From positions 1-55,223 of the IMG/VR virus record IMGVR_UViG_3300025282_000042: a DNA stretch of 55,223 nucleotides; one strand, written 5' to 3'. The notes beneath the pieces are model-generated. The model saw only the letters and a list, made by a program, of their open reading frames with translations. It had not been told where the DNA came from and did no database searches. Position numbers and translations under genes: made by a program. The DNA is from a virus. Lineage: Duplodnaviria > Caudoviricetes. The first letter of the stretch is position 1, and each line of letters begins with the position of its first letter. Of this stretch, positions 36,285-44,020 are shown piece by piece.

Positions 36285-37929
36285 CATAGAAACAAATGGA
36301 CTAATTAAAGAAGCAACTACTGTGCATTGTATTGTAGCCGCAGATATAGATACAGGACAAAGCTATGTATTCAAACAGGCTGAATGCTATACAGCTTTTC
36401 CTGTATGGGCCAAACAAGTTCAGAAATTTATAATGCATAACGGTATTTCTTTTGATGCTCCAGTTGTCAACAAGCTTATAGGAAAAACAATTAATTTAAA
36501 TTCTGTTACAGATACTCTTATTTTATCTCAACTTTATAATCCCACGAGAGAGGGTGGACATTCTCTAAAAGAGTGGGGTGATAAACTTTCTTTACCTAAA
36601 GAAGAGATAAATGATTTTTCTCAGTTTACTGAGGCGATGCTAGATTACTGTAAGCAGGATATAAACATAACATATAAATTGTACAAACAATTAGAAGCTG
36701 AAGGAAGAAACTTTTCTTCTCGCTCTGTAAAATTAGAACACGCAATCAGGGCTGCTATTGATGTTCAAGAAAGTAATGGCTTTGCTTTAGACATGCCTTA
36801 CGCAATGACTTTGCAGGGTAAATTTGAGGACGAGTCAGATCAAATACAAAGAGAACTTCAAGAAATTTTTGAACCTATAGTAACTATTAGACATCACAAA
36901 ACATCTGGTAAGAGATTGTCTGATCATGTAGAGGTTTTTAACCCTGCTTCAAGAAAACAAATTGCTGAAAGGCTGATGGCTAAAGGATGGAATCCTAAAC
37001 ATAAAACAGAAAAAGGAAATATAATTGTTGACGAATCTGTTTTAGAAAAAATAGATATGCCAGAAGCTAAAGCTATAACAAGATATTTACTTTTACAAAA
37101 GAGGTCTAGTCAGATCAAGTCTTGGATAGAGGCGGCAGGTGAAGATGGCAGGGTTCATGGTAGAGTTCTAACTTTAAAAACTGTGACGGGTAGGATGGCA
37201 CACTACGCCCCTAACATGGCTCAAGTACCAGCTTCTTATTCTCCCTACGGGGAAGAGTGTAGAAATTGTTGGACTGTCTCTAATAAAGATACCCACACAC
37301 TTGTAGGTACTGATGCTTCTGGGTTAGAGCTTAGAGCTTTAGCTCACTATATGAATAACGATTCCTTTGTTAAGGAAATACTTGAAGGAGATATTCATAC
37401 AGCAAACCAAAAGATGGCTGGTCTACCAGACAGGGCTAGTGCAAAGACATTTATCTATGCATTACTTTATGGTGCAGGGCCAGCCAAGATAGGATCAATC
37501 ATTGGAGGAAGTGCTGGTACAGGTAAAAAACTTATTGATACATACCTTTCCAACTTACCCACACTAAAACTTCTTCGTAATCAGGTACAGGAAGCATCAA
37601 TGAAAGGCAAGATCAAAGGTCTGGATGGTAGATACCACCACACAAGATCACCACATAGCTCATTGAATACCTTGATCCAAGGAGCAGGAGCTATTATATG
37701 TAAGGATTGGTTGTTGCGTATCCTAGATGGTATTAATAAACTAGGCTTAGATGCTAAACTTGTTGCATCCATACATGACGAATATCAATTTGAAGTGTCA
37801 AAGAAAGACGCAGAAAGATTTGGACAACTAACAGGAGATGCTATGAAAATGACAGCACAGGAATTAGAAATGAAGTGTCCTCTAGACAGTGAGTTTAAGG
37901 TAGGTGAGACATGGGCAACAACACATTAA
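36268..37929 (+). CDS. polA: DNA polymerase, family A (T7 gp5-like, with 3'-5' exonuclease)
   Basis: ExoI DIET, HNGISFD, YCKQD; TGRM; motif A DASGLELR; motif B AKTFIYALLYGAG; motif C IHDE; ATG at 36268 with AAGGAG RBS. Confidence 0.95.
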   Translation: MRCIVDIETNGLIKEATTVHCIVAADIDTGQSYVFKQAECYTAFPVWAKQVQKFIMHNGISFDAPVVNKLIGKTINLNSVTDTLILSQLYNPTREGGHSLKEWGDKLSLPKEEINDFSQFTEAMLDYCKQDINITYKLYKQLEAEGRNFSSRSVKLEHAIRAAIDVQESNGFALDMPYAMTLQGKFEDESDQIQRELQEIFEPIVTIRHHKTSGKRLSDHVEVFNPASRKQIAERLMAKGWNPKHKTEKGNIIVDESVLEKIDMPEAKAITRYLLLQKRSSQIKSWIEAAGEDGRVHGRVLTLKTVTGRMAHYAPNMAQVPASYSPYGEECRNCWTVSNKDTHTLVGTDASGLELRALAHYMNNDSFVKEILEGDIHTANQKMAGLPDRASAKTFIYALLYGAGPAKIGSIIGGSAGTGKKLIDTYLSNLPTLKLLRNQVQEASMKGKIKGLDGRYHHTRSPHSSLNTLIQGAGAIICKDWLLRILDGINKLGLDAKLVASIHDEYQFEVSKKDAERFGQLTGDAMKMTAQELEMKCPLDSEFKVGETWATTH

Positions 37930-38444
37930 TTAACTTTACAGATAAAGAAGTTGATTGGGCAATAGATATGGGACAACAAAGACATGGAGCAAAGCATACC
38001 TCGTTCAGGGAGAAAACCAGAATGGGTAATGTAAGTAAAGTCTTTGGAGGTTCCCACATCTTAGGTGTGCTTGGAGAATTAGCTTATGAAAAACATACAG
38101 GAATTCAAATGGATAGAAATATTTATTCTGTCAGAGATGAGGGCTATGACTTTAAGACATCTAAAAATTCAGGTAAGAACTTTAAGATTGATATTAAAAC
38201 TATAACATATAATGGAGAAGGAGAAAAGGAACTAAAGGTTAAGGTTAGTGAGTACACAAAAAAGATACCAGATGAATATGTTTTAATTTATATAGATAAG
38301 GACAACCTAAAAGAGGCAACTATCTTAGGTTGTATTAGCAGGTCTGATTTTGAAAAGAATAAAAAGGAGAAACAGTACAGAAGCGACTACCCCTCGACGT
38401 ACTATGTTGGAGAATCTTTACTGTGTCCTATAAAAAGTTCTTGA
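37911..38444 (+). CDS. Putative PD-(D/E)xK-fold nuclease
   Basis: G.LGE.A, D.GYDF and IDIKT motif spacing. Confidence 0.45.
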   Translation: MGNNTLINFTDKEVDWAIDMGQQRHGAKHTSFREKTRMGNVSKVFGGSHILGVLGELAYEKHTGIQMDRNIYSVRDEGYDFKTSKNSGKNFKIDIKTITYNGEGEKELKVKVSEYTKKIPDEYVLIYIDKDNLKEATILGCISRSDFEKNKKEKQYRSDYPSTYYVGESLLCPIKSS

Positions 38445-38469
38445 CTTTAAATATGGCCTATGCTACCAT
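38441..38469 (+). promoter_or_regulatory. Sigma70-like promoter
   Basis: TTGACT-N17-TACCAT with extended TG; AAGGAG RBS downstream. Confidence 0.7.
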
Positions 38470-38500
38470 ACACTTTCAATTAACTTAAAGGAGAAAATAT

Positions 38501-38701
38501 ATGAAGACAACTTCCAGTAAAGTTCTACAAGCTCTGAAGAAAGGTATGAGGGTAACACGCCGAACCGCTATTGAAAGGGGTTGGTGTGAAAATCTTACTG
38601 CTGTGATCTCAGTGCTTAGAAGTCAAGGTTATAATATTTTAACCAAGACTGCCTCAACTCCAGAAGGAAATCGGTATACTTACTATCGCCTTGCAGCTTA
38701 A
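38501..38701 (+). CDS. Winged helix-turn-helix DNA-binding protein
   Basis: VL.ALK.G..VT...A......L.A.IS.LR..GY.I......Y..Y.L pattern. Confidence 0.75.
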   Translation: MKTTSSKVLQALKKGMRVTRRTAIERGWCENLTAVISVLRSQGYNILTKTASTPEGNRYTYYRLAA

Positions 38702-38703
38702 CT

Positions 38704-38752
38704 CTATTCAATCTGAAGAACGAACTCTAGTGAGTTCTTCAGATATGAATAG
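38704..38752 (+). repeat. Family-1 hairpin copy F
   Basis: CTATTCAATCTGAA-GAAC-GAACTC-TAGT-GAGTTC-TTCAGAT(A)TGAATAG, upstream of ssb. Confidence 0.9.
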
Positions 38753-38794
38753 TAGGAACTTATTCTAACCGTAACTATAAGGAGTATTTAAATT

Positions 38795-39274
38795 ATGGCA
38801 GTTATTTCAGGAACAGCTTACTGGGCTAGTATAGCCAGCCCTAACACAACCTTTGACGAGGATGGTGTTTGGACAGTTGATGTATGTCAATTAGATGCGT
38901 CAACTAAGAAGTTTGTAAAGGGTATTGGTCTTCCCATCAAGAACAAAGGGGATGACCGTGAGGATTTTGTGACGGTGAAACGTAAGGTTCGTCGCAAAGG
39001 TGGAGGCGTAAACCGTTCTCCAAACTTGGTAGACTCTGAACTAAAACCAATGTACAATACTCTCATTGGTAACGGCTCAAAGGTAAATGTACGTTTCAAC
39101 ACCTATGAGTGGGAGTTTGGAGGTAAATCAGGTACAAGTGCTGATCTTGTGGGGGTACAGGTAGTTGAACTTGTACCTTATGGCACTGATGGTACTGCTG
39201 AAGAAAAGGCTTTTGAGGCAGTATCAGGTGGGTACTCTTCTTCTGAAGAAGATATCCCTTTTCCCTCTAACTAA
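38795..39274 (+). CDS. ssb: Single-stranded DNA-binding protein (T7 gp2.5-like)
   Basis: G.AYWA..PNT.F, IGNGSKVNV and L.GVQV.ELV.Y motifs; acidic tail EEDIPF. Confidence 0.85.
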   Translation: MAVISGTAYWASIASPNTTFDEDGVWTVDVCQLDASTKKFVKGIGLPIKNKGDDREDFVTVKRKVRRKGGGVNRSPNLVDSELKPMYNTLIGNGSKVNVRFNTYEWEFGGKSGTSADLVGVQVVELVPYGTDGTAEEKAFEAVSGGYSSSEEDIPFPSN

Positions 39275-39282
39275 ACTAGAAG

Positions 39283-39325
39283 GGGTCGAGGTAGCTATGC
39301 CAGTCCTACCTCGACCCTACTTTTT
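39283..39325 (+). terminator. Rho-independent terminator after ssb
   Basis: GGGTCGAGGTAG-N11-CTACCTCGACCC-TACTTTTT. Confidence 0.8.
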
Positions 39326-39340
39326 ATAGGGGAATAAAAT

Positions 39341-40219
39341 ATGAAAAAAATAGATACCTTAGTAGAAGATATATATGATCTCTTTACCGATGCGTCCTCT
39401 GTTGATAAAGACGATCTAAAATTATCTGCTAGACAGCTATCAAGAGCTATAACAAATCATGTTGTAAACAGGTTACTTGAAAGTAAACAACCTAAAAGGA
39501 AAAGAACCTTAAGGATGTCTCAGGTGGGTAAACCTCTGAGGCAACTCTGGTATGATTTAAAGGAATATCCTGTTAATGAAAAACCTTTACCTCATAATCA
39601 GATTAAATTTCTGTACGGAAATATTCTTGAAGAGCTTTTACTTTTCTTAGCTAAAGCTGCTGGTCATACTGTTGAGGAGGAACAAAAGAAAGTTGAACTG
39701 GACGGTGTAAGAGGACATAAGGATTGTCGTATTGATGGCGTAACAGTAGATGTAAAGAGTGCTTCTTCTTATTCCTTTAAAAAGTTTGAGAGCAACACAG
39801 TGGGACAGGATGATCCCTTTGGATATATCTCACAACTTTCAGGCTATGCACAAGCAGAAGGAGATAGGGAAGCTGCTTTCCTAGCTATTGATAAACAGAA
39901 TGGGAAGCTGGCTCTTTCACCTCTACATGAACTTGAATTTGATAATGTATCTCAAAGGATAGGAAAAATTAGAAAGGCTTTGGATTCCGATATCCCACCT
40001 GAGAGATGCTATTCAGATGTACCAGAAGGTAAAACAGGAAACAGAAAGCTTAGTATTGGTTGTAGTTATTGCCCTTATAAATTCTTTTGTTGGAGTGATA
40101 TAAATGAGGGTAGAGGTTTAAGAACATTCCGTTATGCAAATGGTCCTAGATTTTTTACAAGGATTGTTAAACAGCCTAACGTAGAAGAAATTCCTTCTGG
40201 AATGACAAATGAAAACTAA
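39341..40219 (+). CDS. Cas4/RecB-like PD-(D/E)xK exonuclease
   Basis: LRMSQVGKP.RQLWY, GH.DC.IDG..VDVKS and Y..QL..Y motifs; C..CSYC.YK..CW cysteines. Confidence 0.8.
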   Translation: MKKIDTLVEDIYDLFTDASSVDKDDLKLSARQLSRAITNHVVNRLLESKQPKRKRTLRMSQVGKPLRQLWYDLKEYPVNEKPLPHNQIKFLYGNILEELLLFLAKAAGHTVEEEQKKVELDGVRGHKDCRIDGVTVDVKSASSYSFKKFESNTVGQDDPFGYISQLSGYAQAEGDREAAFLAIDKQNGKLALSPLHELEFDNVSQRIGKIRKALDSDIPPERCYSDVPEGKTGNRKLSIGCSYCPYKFFCWSDINEGRGLRTFRYANGPRFFTRIVKQPNVEEIPSGMTNEN

Positions 40220-40577
40220 GTATAAATCTCAGCTAGAGGTTGATACAGCAAAACATCTTAAAGAAAATAAGATGAAAGCACGTTACGAAAAGAAACGACT
40301 CCCCTATCTTTGGGTAGAGGAGAAGCATTATATACCAGACTTCTTTCTATCTAATGGGGTGATACTGGAATGTAAAGGAAGGTTCACTCTTGCAGATAGA
40401 AAGAAGATGCTGTTCATTAAAGAGCAGTATCCAGACATGGACATCAGGTTTGTCTTCTCTAATCCAAAACAGAAGCTTTGGAAAAAAGGAAAGATGACCT
40501 ACGGTAGGTGGTGTGAGAAGAACGGATATCTATATTGTAAAGCAGCAGAAGGAATTCCTGCAGACTGGTTACAGTAG
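40209..40577 (+). CDS. Holliday junction resolvase, T7 endonuclease I-like
   Basis: Y.S.LE, YE, Y.PDF.L.NG..LE.KGRF...DRKK, DIRFVF and TYG.WC.K.G motifs. Confidence 0.92.
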   Translation: MKTKYKSQLEVDTAKHLKENKMKARYEKKRLPYLWVEEKHYIPDFFLSNGVILECKGRFTLADRKKMLFIKEQYPDMDIRFVFSNPKQKLWKKGKMTYGRWCEKNGYLYCKAAEGIPADWLQ

Positions 40578-40578
40578 G

Positions 40579-40923
40579 ATGTCTGTAACAAAGAAAATTG
40601 CATCCCAAACCCTAACCCCTAGAGAAACAGTTGCCACCCCAGAATCATTTTTATTTATGTCTGTTATTCTTCAGGCTCTTCTTGATGCGATAACAGAAGA
40701 AAGTCTTATTCCAGATAAAAGAAAATCTTTAAATAAAGAAAGAGCACTGGCTTGGTTCTATGCAAGCATTGGTGTAACAGCTTCTGACTTTGAAGAAGTA
40801 TGTGACCTAGCAAACATTGACCCAACACAAATGAAAACTTTTGCACTTGATGTAATCACTTCAAATAATAAAAAACATATGAGAGAAAAAATTAATTTAT
40901 TATTTTCTCGCCGCACACAGTAA
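40579..40923 (+). CDS. Conserved phage hypothetical protein
   Basis: LF..VILQALLDA..A.AWF..DFEEVCDLA.IDP motif. Confidence 0.65.
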   Translation: MSVTKKIASQTLTPRETVATPESFLFMSVILQALLDAITEESLIPDKRKSLNKERALAWFYASIGVTASDFEEVCDLANIDPTQMKTFALDVITSNNKKHMREKINLLFSRRTQ

Positions 40924-40945
40924 CAACTTAGAGGAAGGCACAACC

Positions 40946-41182
40946 ATGAAACCATTAGATAAGCAGGTTGGAGGAGAACATTATAGAAGTTGTAAGATAC
41001 AACCAGTAGAATATATTTATGCAAACAACCTTGACTATTTTGAGGGTAATGTGATAAAATATATAACCCGTCACAGAATGAAAGGTGATGGAGCCGCAGA
41101 CATCAAAAAAGTTATTCACTACGCAGAATTAATTCTACAATTAGCTTACAACGAGAAGCCAGAGGGGGGAGTTGATGTTTAA
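40946..41182 (+). CDS. DUF3310 / SaV-like (T7 gp1.7-type nucleotide kinase) protein
   Basis: QVGG.HY..IQP.EYI..N.L...EGNVIKY.TR..K....DI.K..HY. Confidence 0.85.
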   Translation: MKPLDKQVGGEHYRSCKIQPVEYIYANNLDYFEGNVIKYITRHRMKGDGAADIKKVIHYAELILQLAYNEKPEGGVDV

Positions 41183-42851
41183 ATCCAATAAAAATCCACA
41201 GTTCCGATCCAAATTTTCAGAAGATATATTTAATACAAAGTACTATCATGCAGGTGCTGAGACTATGTATGAACTGGCAGCAACTCTGGTTGAGGATGTG
41301 TGTCAGGACAAGATGACTACCTCAGAAAAGACAGAGCTTACAAATCATATAGCAGAATTAAGATTTATTCCGGGGGGTAGGTATTTATATTACGCAGGAA
41401 GAGAGAAGAAGTTTTTTAATAATTGTTATCTCTTAAAATGTGAGGAAGACACCAGAGAAGATTGGGCTAATCTTTCTTGGAAGGCTGAATCCTGTCTGAT
41501 GACAGGTGGTGGAATAGGTTCTGACTACTCAGTGTACAGAGCAGAAGGTAAAGGACTTGGAGGAACAGGTGGTATTGCTTCTGGACCTATTCCTAAAATA
41601 CAAATGATAAATGAAATTGGTAGAAGAGTTATGCAGGGAGGTAGTAGAAGGTCTGCAATTTATGCAAGCCTGAATTGGAAGCATGAGGATATATATAAAT
41701 TTCTTTCTTCTAAAAACTGGAAGGATATGCCGATAGGGAATACAGGACAGACTTTGTTTGATGTTAAACAAGATGACTTTAATTTTCCTGCCCCCTTAGA
41801 CATGACAAATGTAAGTGTTAATTATGACACAGAATGGTTATTAAACTTTTGGAAAACAGGAGAGGTAGGAGATGTCTTTAGGACAAATATACGTCAGGCT
41901 TTGTCAACAGCAGAACCGGGCTTTAGTTTCAATTTCTTCGACAAGGAAAAAGAAACGCTACGAAATGCTTGTACAGAAGTTACGTCAGAAGATGATTCAG
42001 ATGTGTGCAATTTGGGAAGTCTTAATTTTGCTAGGATTGATGATCTTAATCAGCTTAGAGACGTGGTAGAATTAGCTACAAAGTTTCTTCTTTGCGGTAC
42101 ACTCAGAGCACAACTACCATATGATAAAGTTTATGAAGTAAGAGAAAAGAATAGAAGGCTTGGTCTAGGATTGATGGGTCTGCATGAGTGGTTGATACAA
42201 AGAAATAGCAAGTATGAAACTACAGAAGAGATGCACCGTTGGTTGAAAGTTTATGAGGCAGAGTCTGATAGGATTTCTGATTCCTTTGCAGATGAATTAG
42301 GAATTTCCAGACCTGTAGCTAAACGTGCAGTAGCACCTACAGGAACAATAGGTATTATTGCTGGTACATCTACTGGGGTTGAACCTATCTTTGCTGTCTC
42401 TTATAAAAGAAGATACCTGAAAAATAGAAGGTGGCATTACCAGTATGTTGTAGATAGTGCGGCTCAAGAAATGATTGACTTGTATGGAACAGACCCCAAC
42501 AAAATAGAATCAGCAATGGACTTGGCTACAGATTATGAAAGAAGATTATCTTTCCAAGCTAACATACAGGAATATGTGGACATGAGTATTTCAAGTACAA
42601 TCAATCTCCCACCGTGGGATACTAAAGAAAATAATGAAGATTTAGTAGAGCCTTTTGCTCAGACACTAGCTAGGTATGCTCATAGACTTAGAGGATTTAC
42701 CTGTTTTCCTGATGGAAGCAGAGGCGGACAGCCTCTAACCGTTGTGTCTTATAAAGAGGCAGTAGATAAACTTGGTGAAGAATTTGAAGATAACATACAG
42801 GCTCATGATATTTGTGAGATCACTGGTTCAGGTGGGGTATGTGGAGTTTAG
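41175..42851 (+). CDS. nrdJ: Ribonucleotide reductase, class II (B12-dependent)
   Basis: FIPGGR, NNC, GGGIG, QGG.RRSA, EPG, NACTE (catalytic Cys/Glu), CNLGSLN, APTGT, ISSTIN and C-terminal Cys pair; no NrdB gene in the genome. Confidence 0.85.
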   Translation: MFKSNKNPQFRSKFSEDIFNTKYYHAGAETMYELAATLVEDVCQDKMTTSEKTELTNHIAELRFIPGGRYLYYAGREKKFFNNCYLLKCEEDTREDWANLSWKAESCLMTGGGIGSDYSVYRAEGKGLGGTGGIASGPIPKIQMINEIGRRVMQGGSRRSAIYASLNWKHEDIYKFLSSKNWKDMPIGNTGQTLFDVKQDDFNFPAPLDMTNVSVNYDTEWLLNFWKTGEVGDVFRTNIRQALSTAEPGFSFNFFDKEKETLRNACTEVTSEDDSDVCNLGSLNFARIDDLNQLRDVVELATKFLLCGTLRAQLPYDKVYEVREKNRRLGLGLMGLHEWLIQRNSKYETTEEMHRWLKVYEAESDRISDSFADELGISRPVAKRAVAPTGTIGIIAGTSTGVEPIFAVSYKRRYLKNRRWHYQYVVDSAAQEMIDLYGTDPNKIESAMDLATDYERRLSFQANIQEYVDMSISSTINLPPWDTKENNEDLVEPFAQTLARYAHRLRGFTCFPDGSRGGQPLTVVSYKEAVDKLGEEFEDNIQAHDICEITGSGGVCGV

Positions 42852-42927
42852 CTCTTGTAGCTCAACTGGATAGAGCGACAGACTTCTAATCTGTAGGTTG
42901 TGGGTTCAAGTCCTTCCAAGAGCACCA
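42851..42927 (+). tRNA. tRNA-Arg(UCU)
   Basis: Acceptor GCTCTTG/CAAGAGC; D arm GCTC..GAGC; anticodon arm ACAGA-CTTCTAA-TCTGT; GGTTCAAGTCC; encoded ACCA end. Confidence 0.92.
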
Positions 42928-42937
42928 ATATTTTTTG

Positions 42938-42966
42938 TTGACAGTAGAGAGAAAATATGAGATAAT
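42938..42966 (+). promoter_or_regulatory. Sigma70-like promoter for hsp20 and downstream genes
   Basis: TTGACA-N17-GATAAT with extended TG. Confidence 0.7.
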
Positions 42967-43050
42967 AAATAAATCAAGGCTTGGTCTGTGCCTCCCGACT
43001 ACTCCTATTAACTAGGGTAGCGAGAAGAAATCGGGCTACAGACTATCCTT

Positions 43051-43100
43051 GGAAATGCCTTGTTGGGTTTCCAAAACATCTTGCGAAAGGAGATAAAATG
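43051..43100 (+). promoter_or_regulatory. ROSE-like RNA thermometer
   Basis: ATCTT(G)C-GAAA-GGAGAT hairpin sequesters the SD with a bulged G; preceded by a GGAAAT..GTTTCC hairpin; upstream of a small heat-shock gene. Confidence 0.6.
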
Positions 43101-43538
43101 TTTACTGCTCACACACTGAATCACAGTATAGGATTAACAAAGTTTATGGACGATCTGCAGCATATGCAGTCTCTTCCAGAAAAAAATAAAGTGTTTCCCC
43201 CTCATAGGATTGTAGCAACTGGTGGAAATAATGAAGCAGGGGAATTTAATATGTATATATTAACTCTTGCATTAGCTGGATATTATAAAGATAATATTTC
43301 TGTTAAATTAATTGAAGAGGGTACTCTTAGAATTTCTTCTGAAGGAGAAAAATTAAAAGATACAAAAGAAACCCAATACTTATATAATGGTATAGCGTGT
43401 CGTTCTTTTACAAAAGATTTTAAACTTTCTCCTTACATGACTGTAAAGAGTGTTTCTTTTAAGGACGGTCTGTTACATATATATTTAGAACATAAACTAC
43501 CAGAGGAGAAGAAACCTAAAATATTCACAATTAACTAG
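43098..43538 (+). CDS. hsp20: Small heat shock protein Hsp20 (IbpA-like)
   Basis: FPPH.I, LALAGY, YLYNGIA.RSF.K.F.L and F.DGLL.I.L..PEEKKPK.F.I; ATG at 43098 after AAGGAG. Confidence 0.9.
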   Translation: MFTAHTLNHSIGLTKFMDDLQHMQSLPEKNKVFPPHRIVATGGNNEAGEFNMYILTLALAGYYKDNISVKLIEEGTLRISSEGEKLKDTKETQYLYNGIACRSFTKDFKLSPYMTVKSVSFKDGLLHIYLEHKLPEEKKPKIFTIN

Positions 43539-43544
43539 AGGAGT

Positions 43545-43572
43545 GGAGGGGTATAAAGCCCTTCCTATTTTT
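43545..43572 (+). terminator. Possible terminator after hsp20
   Basis: GGAGGGGT-ATAAA-GCCCTTCC-TATTTTT. Confidence 0.5.
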
Positions 43573-43573
43573 A

Positions 43574-44020
43574 ATGGCTTTTAAATTTACACCAGTAGAA
43601 GCACAGGTCATAGATGTATTTTGGTCCCAAATATCTCCATTGTTTGAGAAAATTATAGAGAAAGAAGGTATGGGGAGAGAAACACTAGCTTCTTTAAAAG
43701 AAAAGATTAAAGAAAGATATCTACTAGTGTGGATAGGCTGGGAGGACTCTGCCAATAATATTGTTGCTGCTTACTGTACTCAAATTATAGAGTATCCTAC
43801 AAAACGTATATGTCAATGGGGTTATATGTCAGCAAAAAATAATGAGATGTCTAGGTGGGAAGAACCCATGTTGAAATCTCTAGTTCGATATACCATAGAA
43901 AATGAATGTAATGGTATTGAATTCTTTAGTACAAGAACAGGATGGAAAAAGATATTTAAAAAATATAAAATAAATATAGAACCTGTAGGAACTTTATATG
44001 AGACAAAGACAGATGCATAG
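43574..44020 (+). CDS. Conserved phage protein, putative GNAT-like fold
   Basis: W..I...F..I, L.W, AA..TQII.YP.KR.C and C.GIE...R.GW.K pattern of podovirus acetyltransferase-like virion-assembly proteins. Confidence 0.5.
   Translation: MAFKFTPVEAQVIDVFWSQISPLFEKIIEKEGMGRETLASLKEKIKERYLLVWIGWEDSANNIVAAYCTQIIEYPTKRICQWGYMSAKNNEMSRWEEPMLKSLVRYTIENECNGIEFFSTRTGWKKIFKKYKINIEPVGTLYETKTDA

Noticed and set aside
26639-38752. Family-1 hairpins as integron attC sites
   Set aside because: They have extrahelical bases but lack RYYYAAC/GTTRRRY boxes, and no tyrosine recombinase is encoded.
42851-42927. tRNA as an integration site or a sign of stop-codon recoding
   Set aside because: No integrase or repressor is present, the anticodon is UCU (Arg) and not a suppressor, and genes read intact in code 11 with all three stops used.
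42928-43051. tRNA-associated theta/HDV-like or hammerhead ribozyme
   Set aside because: The structure starts ~47 nt after the CCA, behind its own promoter; no nested pseudoknot or CUGANGA core is evident.
42981-43097. N-terminal extension of Hsp20 from TTG 42981
   Set aside because: The strong SD precedes ATG 43098, and the upstream sequence folds as a leader.
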